A DNA stretch of 64,000 bases from an uncultured virus (IMG/VR IMGVR_UViG_3300044715_000653) (IMGVR_UViG_3300044715_000653), one strand, 5' to 3'. Numbered from the stretch's first letter, positions 36,821 to 47,077 are shown. Notes: generated by a model from the sequence alone, not told the origin. Made by a program: numbers and translations.

Positions 36821-39147
36821 TATAATTTACAGCTTTCGCAGTCCTCTTCTATATATTCTTCTAGTTGTTTTGTTTGTGGTGGTAAGTCTTCTGCTGCTGC
36901 TTTACTACCCTGTTTGTTAATTAAACTATAGTAGAATGTTTTCAATCCCCATAGTTGAGCCTGCATTAAGTTTTTAGCAATTAGTGTAGTGGGCACTTTA
37001 CGATCTGCCCAATGCGCCGGATTGTAGAATGTATTAGTACTGATACTTTGGTCAACGTAGGCAGCTAATACTGCGGCAGTTTTTAAGTAGCCATCACAGT
37101 CCTTTTGTTCCCACATGAGTTGATATTTATTCTTTAACTTGTGATATTCTGGAACAACCTGTATAAATGATCCTGCTTTAGATTCTTTAACTGATATCAA
37201 ACTCATTGGCATTTCGATACCATTAGTACTGTTAATAACAACTGAACTAGATTCAACTGGTGCAATTGCCATTAAGGTAGCGTTACGCACCCCATGCGAT
37301 CGCATATCGCTGCGTAGCTGTTCCCAATCAAGTTCTCGAGTAGGAGTAAAGTCTGCTAGTTCATTAACACCGTTGGCACGTAGTTCCCAGGGAAATATAC
37401 CTTTACCATAACGTGTTTTAGCTGAATCTTTACAAGCACCACGTTCCTTAGCTAGTTCAACTGTGGCTTCTGTTAGGTAGAATGCCTGATGCTCCATCCA
37501 GGTTTTAACTTCTTGTAGGGCATCCTTTTCGCCATACTTGAAGCTACGTTTAGCATGCCAATAAGCCAAGTTAGTAATGCCAACACCCAGTGGTTGGATT
37601 TCATCGTTGCTTAGTTTACTCTGTATGCTTAGGAAATCTTGGTAGTCTAATATGTTACATAAACTACGTTGTAAGATACGGCAAGCACGACGCATATCTT
37701 CTGGGTTACGGAAAGCTCCCCAGTTAATGCTGCCTAATGTACATAGGGCAATACGACCTTCTTCGTCATCTAAGCGTTTAAACGATTTAGTAGGTAATAA
37801 AATTTCACAGCACAGGTTACTTTGATAGATTGTATGATACTCAGGATCAAACGGTCCTTGGTTCATAACATTGTCAATGAACACTAAGTAGATACGTCCA
37901 GTATCTGTGCGTTCTTTTAATATGCCACCTTTGAATACTTCTTCTGCAGCCATTGTTTTCTTACGTAGATCTTTACGCTTTTCATACTTAACATAAAGCT
38001 CTTCAAACAGTGCTGTATCTTTGTAAAACGCTTCGTATAAGTCGGGTACTTCATTGGGATCAAAGAATGTAATCATCTCTTTGTTTTTGAATTTGCGCCA
38101 GAAGAAAGCACTTAGTACAACTCCGTAGTCCATATGACGAACACGGGTTTCTTCTGTTCCTTGATTGTTTTTCAATACAATTAAATCATCAAATTGGTGA
38201 TGCCAGATAGGATAAAACACAGTAGCCGATGCGTTACGTATGCCGCCTTGCGAACAGCTACGCAAATCACCAAACCATTTCTTCAGGAATGGAATCATAC
38301 CCGTGTGCATGATCTCACCGCCACGAATAGGACTACCAAGTGGACGTAGACGTCCTATTTCTAAACCGATACCTGCACGTTTACTAGCATACTTGGCCAT
38401 CATTTCACCCGATGCAAAGATACTGTCTAGGTCATCATCTGCTTTAATTAATACACATGAACTAAATTGTTTAGTCGGTGTGCCTAAGCCGGCGAGAACA
38501 GGCGTTGCTAGTGTGAACAAACTGTCACTTGCACAAGTGTAATATTCTTTGATAAAACGCATACGTGCGCTACCAGGTTCTTCTTTATGAAACACAGTTG
38601 CGGCTGCAACTATATAACGTATCTGCGGAGTTTCATAAATTTGTTTAGTTGCACGATTGCGTACAAGATATTTTTCAATTAATTGCTCAATGGCTGCATA
38701 TGAATAGGTTTCATCTTTGGTATGGTCAACAAAAGAATCCATCTTGTCCCATTCTTCTTCACTATACCATTCTAGTAGTTCTGCTGTATACAAGCCAGTT
38801 GCTACATTTGTCTTGACAATTTCGTATAAGCGAGGAACTTCGTAGTCACCGTAGACATCTTTACGCAGCATACTTAGGCGTTGTTTACCCGCTACATATT
38901 GATAGTTGGTATGCCCTATGTCTGGATTTGATTCTACATCGATTAGATCAACAATAGCTCTAAGTGTAATCTCGTCAATTTCGCGTGTACTAATTCCATC
39001 ATAAAAGTGTGGTTGTGCTTTAATTTCAATCATCGACTGACTTACATCTGCAATTCCAGCACAGACCTTTGCGATCTGGGCTTGCCATTTATCTACTGCC
39101 AAAGGCACACGGCTGCCACTACGTTTTATTACTTGAATAATGCTCAA
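36820..39147 (-). CDS. nrdA: class Ia ribonucleotide reductase, alpha subunit with ATP cone
   Basis: VIKRSG cone, QFSSC, SNLCCEI, KTFYY, C-terminal CESCKL. Confidence 0.96.
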   Translation of the reverse strand: MSIIQVIKRSGSRVPLAVDKWQAQIAKVCAGIADVSQSMIEIKAQPHFYDGISTREIDEITLRAIVDLIDVESNPDIGHTNYQYVAGKQRLSMLRKDVYGDYEVPRLYEIVKTNVATGLYTAELLEWYSEEEWDKMDSFVDHTKDETYSYAAIEQLIEKYLVRNRATKQIYETPQIRYIVAAATVFHKEEPGSARMRFIKEYYTCASDSLFTLATPVLAGLGTPTKQFSSCVLIKADDDLDSIFASGEMMAKYASKRAGIGLEIGRLRPLGSPIRGGEIMHTGMIPFLKKWFGDLRSCSQGGIRNASATVFYPIWHHQFDDLIVLKNNQGTEETRVRHMDYGVVLSAFFWRKFKNKEMITFFDPNEVPDLYEAFYKDTALFEELYVKYEKRKDLRKKTMAAEEVFKGGILKERTDTGRIYLVFIDNVMNQGPFDPEYHTIYQSNLCCEILLPTKSFKRLDDEEGRIALCTLGSINWGAFRNPEDMRRACRILQRSLCNILDYQDFLSIQSKLSNDEIQPLGVGITNLAYWHAKRSFKYGEKDALQEVKTWMEHQAFYLTEATVELAKERGACKDSAKTRYGKGIFPWELRANGVNELADFTPTRELDWEQLRSDMRSHGVRNATLMAIAPVESSSVVINSTNGIEMPMSLISVKESKAGSFIQVVPEYHKLKNKYQLMWEQKDCDGYLKTAAVLAAYVDQSISTNTFYNPAHWADRKVPTTLIAKNLMQAQLWGLKTFYYSLINKQGSKAAAEDLPPQTKQLEEYIEEDCESCKL

Positions 39148-39207
39148 TTTGATAACCTCTTAATTTAGTACTGCTCTAAATTTGTATTGTTGATTGTTGT
39201 TGTATAT

Positions 39208-39223
39208 TTACTATATCTTGTAG
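39208..39223. promoter_or_regulatory. NrdR-box-like site upstream of nrdA
   Basis: TTACTATATCTTGTAG matches the CwAtATaTwGt core at 10/11; only one box seen. Confidence 0.4.
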
Positions 39224-39256
39224 TATACTTGATATTTTAACTTCTTGCAAGTTATA

Positions 39257-39826
39257 TTATAAAAATTCTTTTATATAAAATTTAAATGTTGCGTCACTAC
39301 CAGTGTTAGTAGTTGTGTACTGAAACATATTGCCGGTGAACCCGAATGTAACGCCAACATCGGCGGATTCAGTATACTCATCATCTAATAATGGAACACC
39401 ATTGAGATATGCTCCTTTTAACCAACCAAATCTAGTGGATGAGCCACGAACAATACTATATTCTAAGAACGTAGAAATATTAGTAACTCCAATATTTCCA
39501 TTAGTAGTATTATCAGATAAAGTTATAGTTCGCATTGCTAAATTCGACTGTATATTAGCAACATCGGACTGAATAGTAGTAATATTTGCTGTCATATTAG
39601 CAACATTACTTTCCAAGGATTCAATCAGAGCCAACTCGCTGTACATGCTTTGCGTAGTAAGAATTTCGGTTACACCAGTAGTAGGTGCACCTTCGGCCAA
39701 TGTGCCATTACCAATGAACAATCTTTGTTCGTCAATTGACCAACCCATTTCAGCCGAACTAAGTTGTGGTAAATTCTCTTGCAGTCCTCTGCGGATTTGT
39801 ATTTTGGAAATTTGAGTTACGGCCAT
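39257..39826 (-). CDS. virion protein with Mtd-N/hyaluronidase-like N-terminal module
   Basis: KIQIRRG..LPQLSSAEMGWSIDEQRLFIGNG plus a short coiled coil. Confidence 0.65.
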   Translation of the reverse strand: MAVTQISKIQIRRGLQENLPQLSSAEMGWSIDEQRLFIGNGTLAEGAPTTGVTEILTTQSMYSELALIESLESNVANMTANITTIQSDVANIQSNLAMRTITLSDNTTNGNIGVTNISTFLEYSIVRGSSTRFGWLKGAYLNGVPLLDDEYTESADVGVTFGFTGNMFQYTTTNTGSDATFKFYIKEFL

Positions 39827-39852
39827 ATTATCATCCTATCTATATTTTATAT

Positions 39853-40536
39853 TTAGCTGAGATTATAATACTGTTCCACTCTTTCCAACCATTTTTTCGT
39901 CCACTTATCCCATTCGGCACCCTCAACTGTCCATGTTTGATATTGGAAGTCTTGACTACACATTAGTATAACGCCTTGACGTATGTCAGTTCCGTGAGTT
40001 TCGTTATGTGCTAGTCCATAGGCACATAATTGAAGGAAATAGTCCTGAACCCACTCGGTTTTCTTAGGTTTATTAGTCTGTTTATAGTCTAAAATAGCCG
40101 GTTTTCCCTTGTGTACTCCGCAAGCGTCAGTTGTACCAGCATACAGTCCAGCTACATATAACGGCACTTCAATGCCCCAAACTTCGTCTACATGTACTAA
40201 TCCTTCTTCTACAATCTTCTGGGCCATCCTGTGGCTTTGTATACTGTAGGGATTGGTTCCGGGCTCGCCCATCTCACGATTGTTCTGTACGTAGTCTTCT
40301 AACCATTTGTGCATACGTGTTCCGCGGCTAGCGGCTTCTGTAGTAATTTCCCGAGCTCGTTGTTCGCCCACAGACTTGCGCCAGTTTTCCAAAGCTAACT
40401 TGGCTTCAGCCGGTTTAGTTGCATCGAGGATCGTTGTTACCGAGGGAACCTTACTGCCATCTGGCAAACTGTAAAGTCTTTTTCCATCCACGCTCTGGCG
40501 ATTGATGGGTGTGTAATCATATTTTTGTATAAGCAT
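39853..40536 (-). CDS. PD-(D/E)XK exonuclease
   Basis: PSVTTIL, RGTRMH, EVPL, AGTTD, ILDYKQ, QLCAY. Confidence 0.88.
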   Translation of the reverse strand: MLIQKYDYTPINRQSVDGKRLYSLPDGSKVPSVTTILDATKPAEAKLALENWRKSVGEQRAREITTEAASRGTRMHKWLEDYVQNNREMGEPGTNPYSIQSHRMAQKIVEEGLVHVDEVWGIEVPLYVAGLYAGTTDACGVHKGKPAILDYKQTNKPKKTEWVQDYFLQLCAYGLAHNETHGTDIRQGVILMCSQDFQYQTWTVEGAEWDKWTKKWLERVEQYYNLS

Positions 40537-40567
40537 AATATTATTATATAGTGTTAATTGTCAAAGG

Positions 40568-42265
40568 TCAACTCCAATCCCCAACTGTTTCTACGATTCG
40601 AGATTGATTAATTGTTAACATGTATTCTTTTCTAAATTTATTATTTTTTACTTCGTTGATAAGAAACTTATGGAATGCTGGATCAGTTGCCCACTGTAAG
40701 GTAACAGCATGCGCTGCATCAGCTGAAATTGTTGCCGGAGCACCACCAAACGATAGTGTATAATAAAATTTATCGTTGAGCCAATTGTTGTATAAGTTAT
40801 CTCTTAAATTAATACCCAATGCCGAGTTTAAAAATACATCAACCATTCGGTCTATATCAAAACTACTAGCGTATTCACTAAATGTAAATCTAGCCGCAGT
40901 TAGTAACTGATATATGTGTGACATCACAGTCATATTAACAAAATCAAATTGACTAAAGCTCACACAAGATTGTGCAAATTTAGCTCTAAAAAAATAACTA
41001 TCAGCGGGCGATCTAGAACTAAATCTCTGACTATTACTGTAGGTGAATTTAAATTTACTTTGATAATCAGTATCTCTTGCCGCCGCCGCTGTAGGCAATA
41101 ATTCATTGATGTATATTTGTAGCATAACCGATTGGTTTGATATTTCGTGTAATGTTTTTCGCCATGAGTCCACAGTCTGACCAGGCAATCCCTGTATTAA
41201 TTGTACTTTGGATGGTATATTGGGATAATGTTCTTGTAATTCATTAACAATTTTAATATGTTCATCCCAGGTAATATCTGGTCTATTAATATTTTCTAAT
41301 ACCGTTGGATCGATGTCTTGGCAAGACATAGTAAACCCTTGAGTTAAAAGATTACCAGTGGCCAATAAATGATATATTTTTAAATTATTTTCTTTTTTTA
41401 ATTTACTATAGTTACCAAGGAGATTGAATGTTGCAGCATGTTCTAAGTTTTTCTTAGCAAAGTATGCCACCATATCGATATCTTCGTCATATTGCCCTAC
41501 GTTTGCGTCTGACAGGTATATATCTGATACTCGTAATCTTGCCAATAAATCAATATCGTCTTTATAAGAATTTTTTCGTCTAGTTGTTTTATTACCCAGT
41601 CCGCTATTCCAATCGCAAAAGGTACATGAATATGGACACCCACGAGTTAGTTCATAAGGAACTGCTACATTATACCCAGCAAGTTGTTCCTGTGTGATCA
41701 TTTCGGAAAATATTTCTTCATTATGCATAAATGGACTTGTCTGAGTCATTGTTACATATTGATATTCGGCAACTATTTGCTGTTGTTTTTTGGCGTCATA
41801 CCAGCCAATATTTGATGTATTAAATGCATGTAATTTTGTTTTGTTAACTAAGGTGTCAACTAAATTAGAAAATGCGTGTTCACCCGGTCCGTACACAGCA
41901 TAATCGATAAATGAATATGATTCGAAAAAATGCGGATCAATGTTAATTGTTACACTTGGGCCACCGGTGATAATTTTTGTTTTAGGATTGAGAAATGGAG
42001 TTATTCGTTCTAGCTGTTCTAGTAGAAATTGATTATTCCATATATAATGACTGGTACATAATAGGTCGACGTCGGAGTCATTGCATAATTTAATTAATGC
42101 ATCATCAGATAATGCTCTCTGTTGAGGCATCAGCCAATTTAATTTTGTTGCCAGACTTGGATTATTTTGATCTATATAGGTTTTTAAATATAAATTAGCA
42201 GTACCTAAGAAAAGCCGATTGTTATATTCAACAGGAGATGCATAATAAAATAAAATGTTCATCAT
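40568..42265 (-). CDS. B12-binding-like radical SAM protein
   Basis: YIWN, TGGP and GPGE in the N-domain; RGCPYSCTFCDW; IQGLPGQT. Confidence 0.85.
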   Translation of the reverse strand: MMNILFYYASPVEYNNRLFLGTANLYLKTYIDQNNPSLATKLNWLMPQQRALSDDALIKLCNDSDVDLLCTSHYIWNNQFLLEQLERITPFLNPKTKIITGGPSVTINIDPHFFESYSFIDYAVYGPGEHAFSNLVDTLVNKTKLHAFNTSNIGWYDAKKQQQIVAEYQYVTMTQTSPFMHNEEIFSEMITQEQLAGYNVAVPYELTRGCPYSCTFCDWNSGLGNKTTRRKNSYKDDIDLLARLRVSDIYLSDANVGQYDEDIDMVAYFAKKNLEHAATFNLLGNYSKLKKENNLKIYHLLATGNLLTQGFTMSCQDIDPTVLENINRPDITWDEHIKIVNELQEHYPNIPSKVQLIQGLPGQTVDSWRKTLHEISNQSVMLQIYINELLPTAAAARDTDYQSKFKFTYSNSQRFSSRSPADSYFFRAKFAQSCVSFSQFDFVNMTVMSHIYQLLTAARFTFSEYASSFDIDRMVDVFLNSALGINLRDNLYNNWLNDKFYYTLSFGGAPATISADAAHAVTLQWATDPAFHKFLINEVKNNKFRKEYMLTINQSRIVETVGDWS

Positions 42266-42302
42266 ACTTAGTGTACATTCTTATATCACAAAAATCAAGT
42301 AA

Positions 42303-42659
42303 TTATTCACTACTATGATCTTGTTTAATTTCTCTAACCGTATCCCCGGCTAGTTCTGCTAATGCGTTTTTAAGTTGTGTACGCTTGTATCCTTGGTCTC
42401 GAACTGCTATTGCTATACGGCCAATTTCTTCCAATGGCTGACCGTCGATTCGATTCTTTTTAAAGTCATCTTCCAATGACCAAACATACGCATGATGTTC
42501 GATTAATTCTAATACCAAAATATGCATAGGATTAATATTAACTTCTTTCATCTGCGCTAGATAAAAATCTAATTCTTCTTGATTAGTACCATTGGTTTTT
42601 CTGTGTTTGACTACAGCAATGGTGTAACGATCTACTATTTCAATTACTGGGAATTTCAT
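42303..42659 (-). CDS. hypothetical helical protein
   Basis: Start ATG 42659 (ATGA overlap with iscA); VWSLEDDFK. Confidence 0.6.
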   Translation of the reverse strand: MKFPVIEIVDRYTIAVVKHRKTNGTNQEELDFYLAQMKEVNINPMHILVLELIEHHAYVWSLEDDFKKNRIDGQPLEEIGRIAIAVRDQGYKRTQLKNALAELAGDTVREIKQDHSSE

Positions 42660-42979
42660 ACTGTAAAACTCTCGCCACATCCACATTCACCAGTGGCATT
42701 TGGATTAATAAATTCAAACCCTTCGTTAAGTCCTTCACGACGCCAATCCATTTTCAATCCGTCTACATAGACTAGGTCTTTTGGCGTGGTAAAAATACTA
42801 ACATCGTGACATTTGTATTCAATACTATCTGCTGTAAGTTGATCAACAAACTCAAGTACATAGCTCATACCACTACACCCAGCAGTTTTAACGCCAATTT
42901 TAATACCTAGCGTGTTTGCTCCGCGAGCAGTAATGCTTTTCTTAATTTTCTCTGCGGCTAATTCTGTCAGACTAATCAT
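42656..42979 (-). CDS. iscA: Fe-S cluster carrier IscA
   Basis: GCSGMSY, FINPNA, CGCGESF. Confidence 0.93.
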   Translation of the reverse strand: MISLTELAAEKIKKSITARGANTLGIKIGVKTAGCSGMSYVLEFVDQLTADSIEYKCHDVSIFTTPKDLVYVDGLKMDWRREGLNEGFEFINPNATGECGCGESFTV

Positions 42980-43124
42980 TGAATATCCTATCTAGCACTG
43001 CTTGTTTTTGTTCGTTAGTATAATTGTACCATTCGACTACTTCATCTGTTGTTCTACCACATCCACGGCACACATCATTATCTAAATGACAAACGCCAAT
43101 ACACGGGCTTTCGATATCTTCCAC
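42972..43124 (-). CDS. DUF1289-like Cys-rich small protein (not in ORF track)
   Basis: MEDIESPCIGVCHLDNDVCRGCGRTTDEVVEW...; GGAG RBS, GTG start. Confidence 0.8.
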   Translation of the reverse strand: MEDIESPCIGVCHLDNDVCRGCGRTTDEVVEWYNYTNEQKQAVLDRIFND

Positions 43125-43498
43125 TATTGCTTACTCCTGTAATCGTTTATTGCAGCTTTAATTGCATCTTCTGCCAAGACACTACAGTGTATCTTAACGG
43201 GCGGCAAGGCAAGATCTTCTGCTATTGCTGAATTTTTAATTGTAAACGCTTCGTCTATTGTCATACCTTTAAGCAGTTCTGTTACTAGACTAGAGCTAGC
43301 AATTGCACTACCACAGCCATATGTTTTAAACTTTGCATCTATTATTATACCGTCTTCTACTTGTATTTGCAACTTCATTACATCACCGCACGCCGGTGCG
43401 CCTACCATGCCGGTGCCGACATCAGATGAAGCGGCATCTAATTTACCAACATTTCTAGGGTTTTCGTAGTGATCTAAAACTTGAGCTGAATAAGCCAC
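43124..43498 (-). CDS. iscU: Fe-S scaffold IscU
   Basis: DHYENPRNVG, APACGDVM, GCGSAIASSS, LPPVKIHCS. Confidence 0.96.
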   Translation of the reverse strand: MAYSAQVLDHYENPRNVGKLDAASSDVGTGMVGAPACGDVMKLQIQVEDGIIIDAKFKTYGCGSAIASSSLVTELLKGMTIDEAFTIKNSAIAEDLALPPVKIHCSVLAEDAIKAAINDYRSKQ

Positions 43499-43564
43499 AG
43501 TATTCTCCTATAATAGTATACTAATATACTACACTATTTATGTGGTGATATCAATGTATTTTGA

Positions 43565-44863
43565 TTATTGTGCTTCTTTAGGTTGCATTAGTCTGTAACG
43601 ATCAAAAAATGCGCGGTCATTACTATTCAATAAATTATATAATTTTTTATTATGCTCTGCAAACTTTGCCTTGGTTAAATGATCCCAGGTTGCTGTTTTT
43701 CTTAAATATTCTTTCCATACAGACGGTTGATTTGGCTGAGTAGTTGGACTATTTGCTATTTGAATAATGTTTAACACATTGGCCCTAAATCCAACACAGC
43801 TTCCACTAAGTAATGCAGGATTATTCTCAATGGTAGATAAATCTTCTGCAAGGGCTTGTTTAATATATGTCGGCATATATTGTATATCAAGCCAGTCTGG
43901 ATTATATAACGGAGTGTCTAGGGTATAGATATATGGGATTTCGTGTTCTTCAGCGAACGATTGAAAGAATTTAATCCAATCAGACAAATAGAATATATTA
44001 TTAATTGAAAATACCGGAGTTAATCCAAAATTAAAATTTGGAATAGTCTTTGCATAATGCACAAATGAATTTAAATTTTTATGTATCTTATCCCAGGTGA
44101 CAGGCCAGCGTACATAATAATAATTTTCATATACACTATCAACACTTATTGATAGATGTACAGCTTTAAATTTATCAGTTAATTCTAAAAATAATTCTTC
44201 TTTGTCGACTGAGCCATTTGTATTAATTTGTAGCGTTATTTTCTTATTAAGATTGTTAGCAATCAACCAATCGATTAATTTAAAAAAATCAGTCTGAACT
44301 AAACCTTCTCCGCCGGACACAACAAGAATTACATTATCCTGTGTATTAACTGCGGTAATGATATTGTCTAATAGAGATTGCCATGCATGTGTATTATCGG
44401 ATAATGTTGCCGTTAAACCATCTTTACCAGTCCATATTTTCGCATATAAGCTACTATTTCCCTCATTGCAACTTCGACAGGCCATATTACACAAGCCCGA
44501 TAGTGTACAGTGTACATAAAAATCTGAACCCAATCGACGAGTAGTAACGAAAGTCTTTAATCGATCAACATCCCATACATTCAAAGATCGTATACGTTCA
44601 CTAATTAAGCCTTCCGCTTCACATTTGTAACACAACTTGCAACGTTCGTCAGTCTGCCCGGTTTCAATTGCTTGTTTTAATTCTTGAATAGGAGTGAAGT
44701 AATCAGTTGTAGCAGGTAAACTAAAATTACAACAAGGTTTTACTGCATCGTTGAAAAAGTATTGTAGAGTTGTATATGGTTGCGCACAGATGTGTTTGTT
44801 TTCTTTAGCCCATTCTACAATATTTGTGTTTTCATCGAGCGGAGTATGTGGGATAGGTATCAT
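43565..44863 (-). CDS. radical SAM protein with N-terminal twitch/SPASM-like Cys cluster
   Basis: CAQP..PCC..CKLC; CNMACRSC; GGE; NTNGS. Confidence 0.85.
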   Translation of the reverse strand: MIPIPHTPLDENTNIVEWAKENKHICAQPYTTLQYFFNDAVKPCCNFSLPATTDYFTPIQELKQAIETGQTDERCKLCYKCEAEGLISERIRSLNVWDVDRLKTFVTTRRLGSDFYVHCTLSGLCNMACRSCNEGNSSLYAKIWTGKDGLTATLSDNTHAWQSLLDNIITAVNTQDNVILVVSGGEGLVQTDFFKLIDWLIANNLNKKITLQINTNGSVDKEELFLELTDKFKAVHLSISVDSVYENYYYVRWPVTWDKIHKNLNSFVHYAKTIPNFNFGLTPVFSINNIFYLSDWIKFFQSFAEEHEIPYIYTLDTPLYNPDWLDIQYMPTYIKQALAEDLSTIENNPALLSGSCVGFRANVLNIIQIANSPTTQPNQPSVWKEYLRKTATWDHLTKAKFAEHNKKLYNLLNSNDRAFFDRYRLMQPKEAQ

Positions 44864-44900
44864 AATTTATATTATAGCACAGACTCTGCTAGCTAGTCAA

Positions 44901-45293
44901 TTATTGTGCTACAGGTGCGCCGCGGGTTTTAGCAGCACGTTTGGCCATGCTGCTGACATCGTCTACTGGTGTTTGGAATGTATTTTGTTCCGTACCGCCA
45001 ATATTAGTTGTTGTAGGTTCTTCTTCATTACCGTGCACCGGAGCAAGTACTACTTGATCTTGATTGAAACTTTTAATAAGGTTTTTTACTGCTGGATTGT
45101 TTTCATTAGCATCAACCAATGATTCATAGTCAAATGTGTGATCTGTGTTTAATACAAGATTAATAAGACTTTGTGTACTAATTGTTGCTGGCGACGACTT
45201 ATCTTCTGAACGATGACGTAATAACTCCAGAGCAGTAACTAGGTTAGACTCTGGAGTGTTTGTTGGACCGTGAGCAAATTCACGTAAGCGCAT
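44901..45293 (-). CDS. hypothetical late/head-associated protein
   Basis: MRLREF start; coupled to the upstream gene. Confidence 0.65.
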   Translation of the reverse strand: MRLREFAHGPTNTPESNLVTALELLRHRSEDKSSPATISTQSLINLVLNTDHTFDYESLVDANENNPAVKNLIKSFNQDQVVLAPVHGNEEEPTTTNIGGTEQNTFQTPVDDVSSMAKRAAKTRGAPVAQ

Positions 45294-45970
45294 TAACGCA
45301 GTTCTCTGCCCAATGTTTCGGTTCCGCCAACGGCTGCATCAGTAGCGGCAAAACCATCAGCTGGTTCTTCTGCATCAAAGTCACTTTCTGGTGGTGGAGG
45401 TAATTCACCACCTAGTTCGTCACCTGGCATAGCCATTGGATTATCCACTTGCTCACCGCTTAATACACGTACACCAGTGTCAACACCTTCACGTGCAGAT
45501 TGTAAGTTTTGCATTAGTTGATCTAATGTTGCGCCAACTGCATTTTTAAATGCATCAGCTTGCTCACTACCAATTTGATCACGGATGCTGTCAAGCAATT
45601 GTGGAAGTTGTTCATTTTGCATTTTACCAACTTTCTCAATGGTATCTTGTACTGAATCAACCATATCTTTAGCAGCTAATAGTACTTCTGCATTACCAAC
45701 TTCACCTTCGTTAAGTTGTTGATGTTGTTCAGTAAGCCAAGTGTTTAGGCCTTCTTGTACAGTTAACAATTCCATGTAACGTGGATTTGTTTCTGCTCTG
45801 TGAAAATCCGCACTATGACGGATTTTATTTAAGTTTAATGATATTGTTTCACCTAAGCGTTGTGCTTTGGCAATAGACAAATTATCATAATTAATAGCAA
45901 AGCCAAAGCGGCTTTCTAATACTTTATTAATTTTTTTTGCAGATGTCTGAGACATTTCTGATAGTTTCAT
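45293..45970 (-). CDS. probable prohead core/scaffold-like protein
   Basis: MKLSEM start, LTE and LNE sites, helical body, acidic Pro-rich tail. Confidence 0.55.
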   Translation of the reverse strand: MKLSEMSQTSAKKINKVLESRFGFAINYDNLSIAKAQRLGETISLNLNKIRHSADFHRAETNPRYMELLTVQEGLNTWLTEQHQQLNEGEVGNAEVLLAAKDMVDSVQDTIEKVGKMQNEQLPQLLDSIRDQIGSEQADAFKNAVGATLDQLMQNLQSAREGVDTGVRVLSGEQVDNPMAMPGDELGGELPPPPESDFDAEEPADGFAATDAAVGGTETLGRELR

Positions 45971-45991
45971 GGTTAATTCTTCCTAATGCAA

Positions 45992-46483
45992 TTATTTAAT
46001 ATTATTTATCAAAACAATAGACTTCTTCAATTGTTTCTTTGATTCTTCGATACGTAACATAGTTTCAGTGTATTTATTAGAATATAATGCTATATTCCAA
46101 TCATCGTTCTTCTGTTGTGCCTGTTTATAGCGATATCTATATAATATAGCATCAAATTCAAGTACGCCAATTAAGTTATCGTTAACTCGTACTTCTTGTG
46201 CTAATTCATATTTGTGCTTGTGTAGAGCAATGCAGTAAAATATGGCGTCTTTTCTGTTAAAAAAGTCAAATACCTGTTCATTATCTTTAGTTATTCGCCA
46301 ATTTTTATCCGTAATCTTTACTATTTTATACTTACCAACGATTAATGTATCTGCACCTAGTTGATAGCAGAATGGCAGCGGACCTTTACTATGTTTAGCC
46401 AGCTCTGCTTCTGTAAATCGACGTATTTTTTCAACGTCAATCTCAGTCAATACGTTTTTTGTAGTAGATTTTGCCGGCTTCAT
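45992..46483 (-). CDS. hypothetical protein
   Basis: 163-aa ORF in the late operon. Confidence 0.6.
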   Translation of the reverse strand: MKPAKSTTKNVLTEIDVEKIRRFTEAELAKHSKGPLPFCYQLGADTLIVGKYKIVKITDKNWRITKDNEQVFDFFNRKDAIFYCIALHKHKYELAQEVRVNDNLIGVLEFDAILYRYRYKQAQQKNDDWNIALYSNKYTETMLRIEESKKQLKKSIVLINNIK

Positions 46484-46652
46484 TTGTTCTTAACAGTACA
46501 TCTTTGACTGTGAGTTGATTTGCAATTAGTTGTTCGCGGTCATCTAATTGACTTTTAGCAATAGTATTATCGCCGGTGAACTGTTCTAAGAGTTCGTGTT
46601 CTTCGTTTGTGATTGTTAGTAGTAGTTTGTTTGTAAGTTCAACAATTTTCAT
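46443..46652 (-). CDS. hypothetical late protein
   Basis: MKIVEL start; TAAATA upstream. Confidence 0.65.
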   Translation of the reverse strand: MKIVELTNKLLLTITNEEHELLEQFTGDNTIAKSQLDDREQLIANQLTVKDVLLRTNEAGKIYYKKRID

Positions 46653-46698
46653 GATGTTATCCTATAAAGTATTTATTACAGGATGACATTGCAGAGTT

Positions 46699-46962
46699 TT
46701 ATTTAAATAGTGAATGGGAAATAAAGCCAATAAGTCCAGCTAGTACTACGCCCATCATAGTTGTGAAGATGCTGATGGTTTGTTTGTCGCCACCTGATAT
46801 CTTATCGGTTAGACTGTTTTTAATGTCAATCAGATGGATTTCGAGTTTATCCATTCTCTGTTCTAAGTTGTTTAATTTAGTTTCCAAGCTACCGTACCTT
46901 ACGGCGCATAGTTCGACATGTGCTTCTAAATTTTCTTTCTCAATATCTGTAGGTTTTGCCAT
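46699..46962 (-). CDS. coiled-coil protein with C-terminal TM helix
   Basis: LEAHVELCAVRY, heptad repeats, hydrophobic C-terminus. Confidence 0.7.
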   Translation of the reverse strand: MAKPTDIEKENLEAHVELCAVRYGSLETKLNNLEQRMDKLEIHLIDIKNSLTDKISGGDKQTISIFTTMMGVVLAGLIGFISHSLFK

Positions 46963-47060
46963 TATCGCTCTCTTTTATTAGTAGCGATGCGTATTCGTTG
47001 AGCCTAGTTTATGCCTTAATATGTGCCATGATGATTAGTGTTGCATCTAACTAATATTTA
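46963..47060 (-). promoter_or_regulatory. candidate structured 5' leader
   Basis: TAAATA, mutually exclusive stems and three GGCWYA repeats (see findings). Confidence 0.45.
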
Positions 47061-47077
47061 GTTCTTATGTGGTATTT

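Noticed and set aside
36820..39147. Intron or intein in nrdA/nrdB
   Set aside because: Both ORFs are continuous and of normal length
39853..40536. Cas4 / CRISPR adaptation gene
   Set aside because: Lacks the four-Cys Fe-S pattern and any cas context; an ordinary phage PD-(D/E)XK exonuclease
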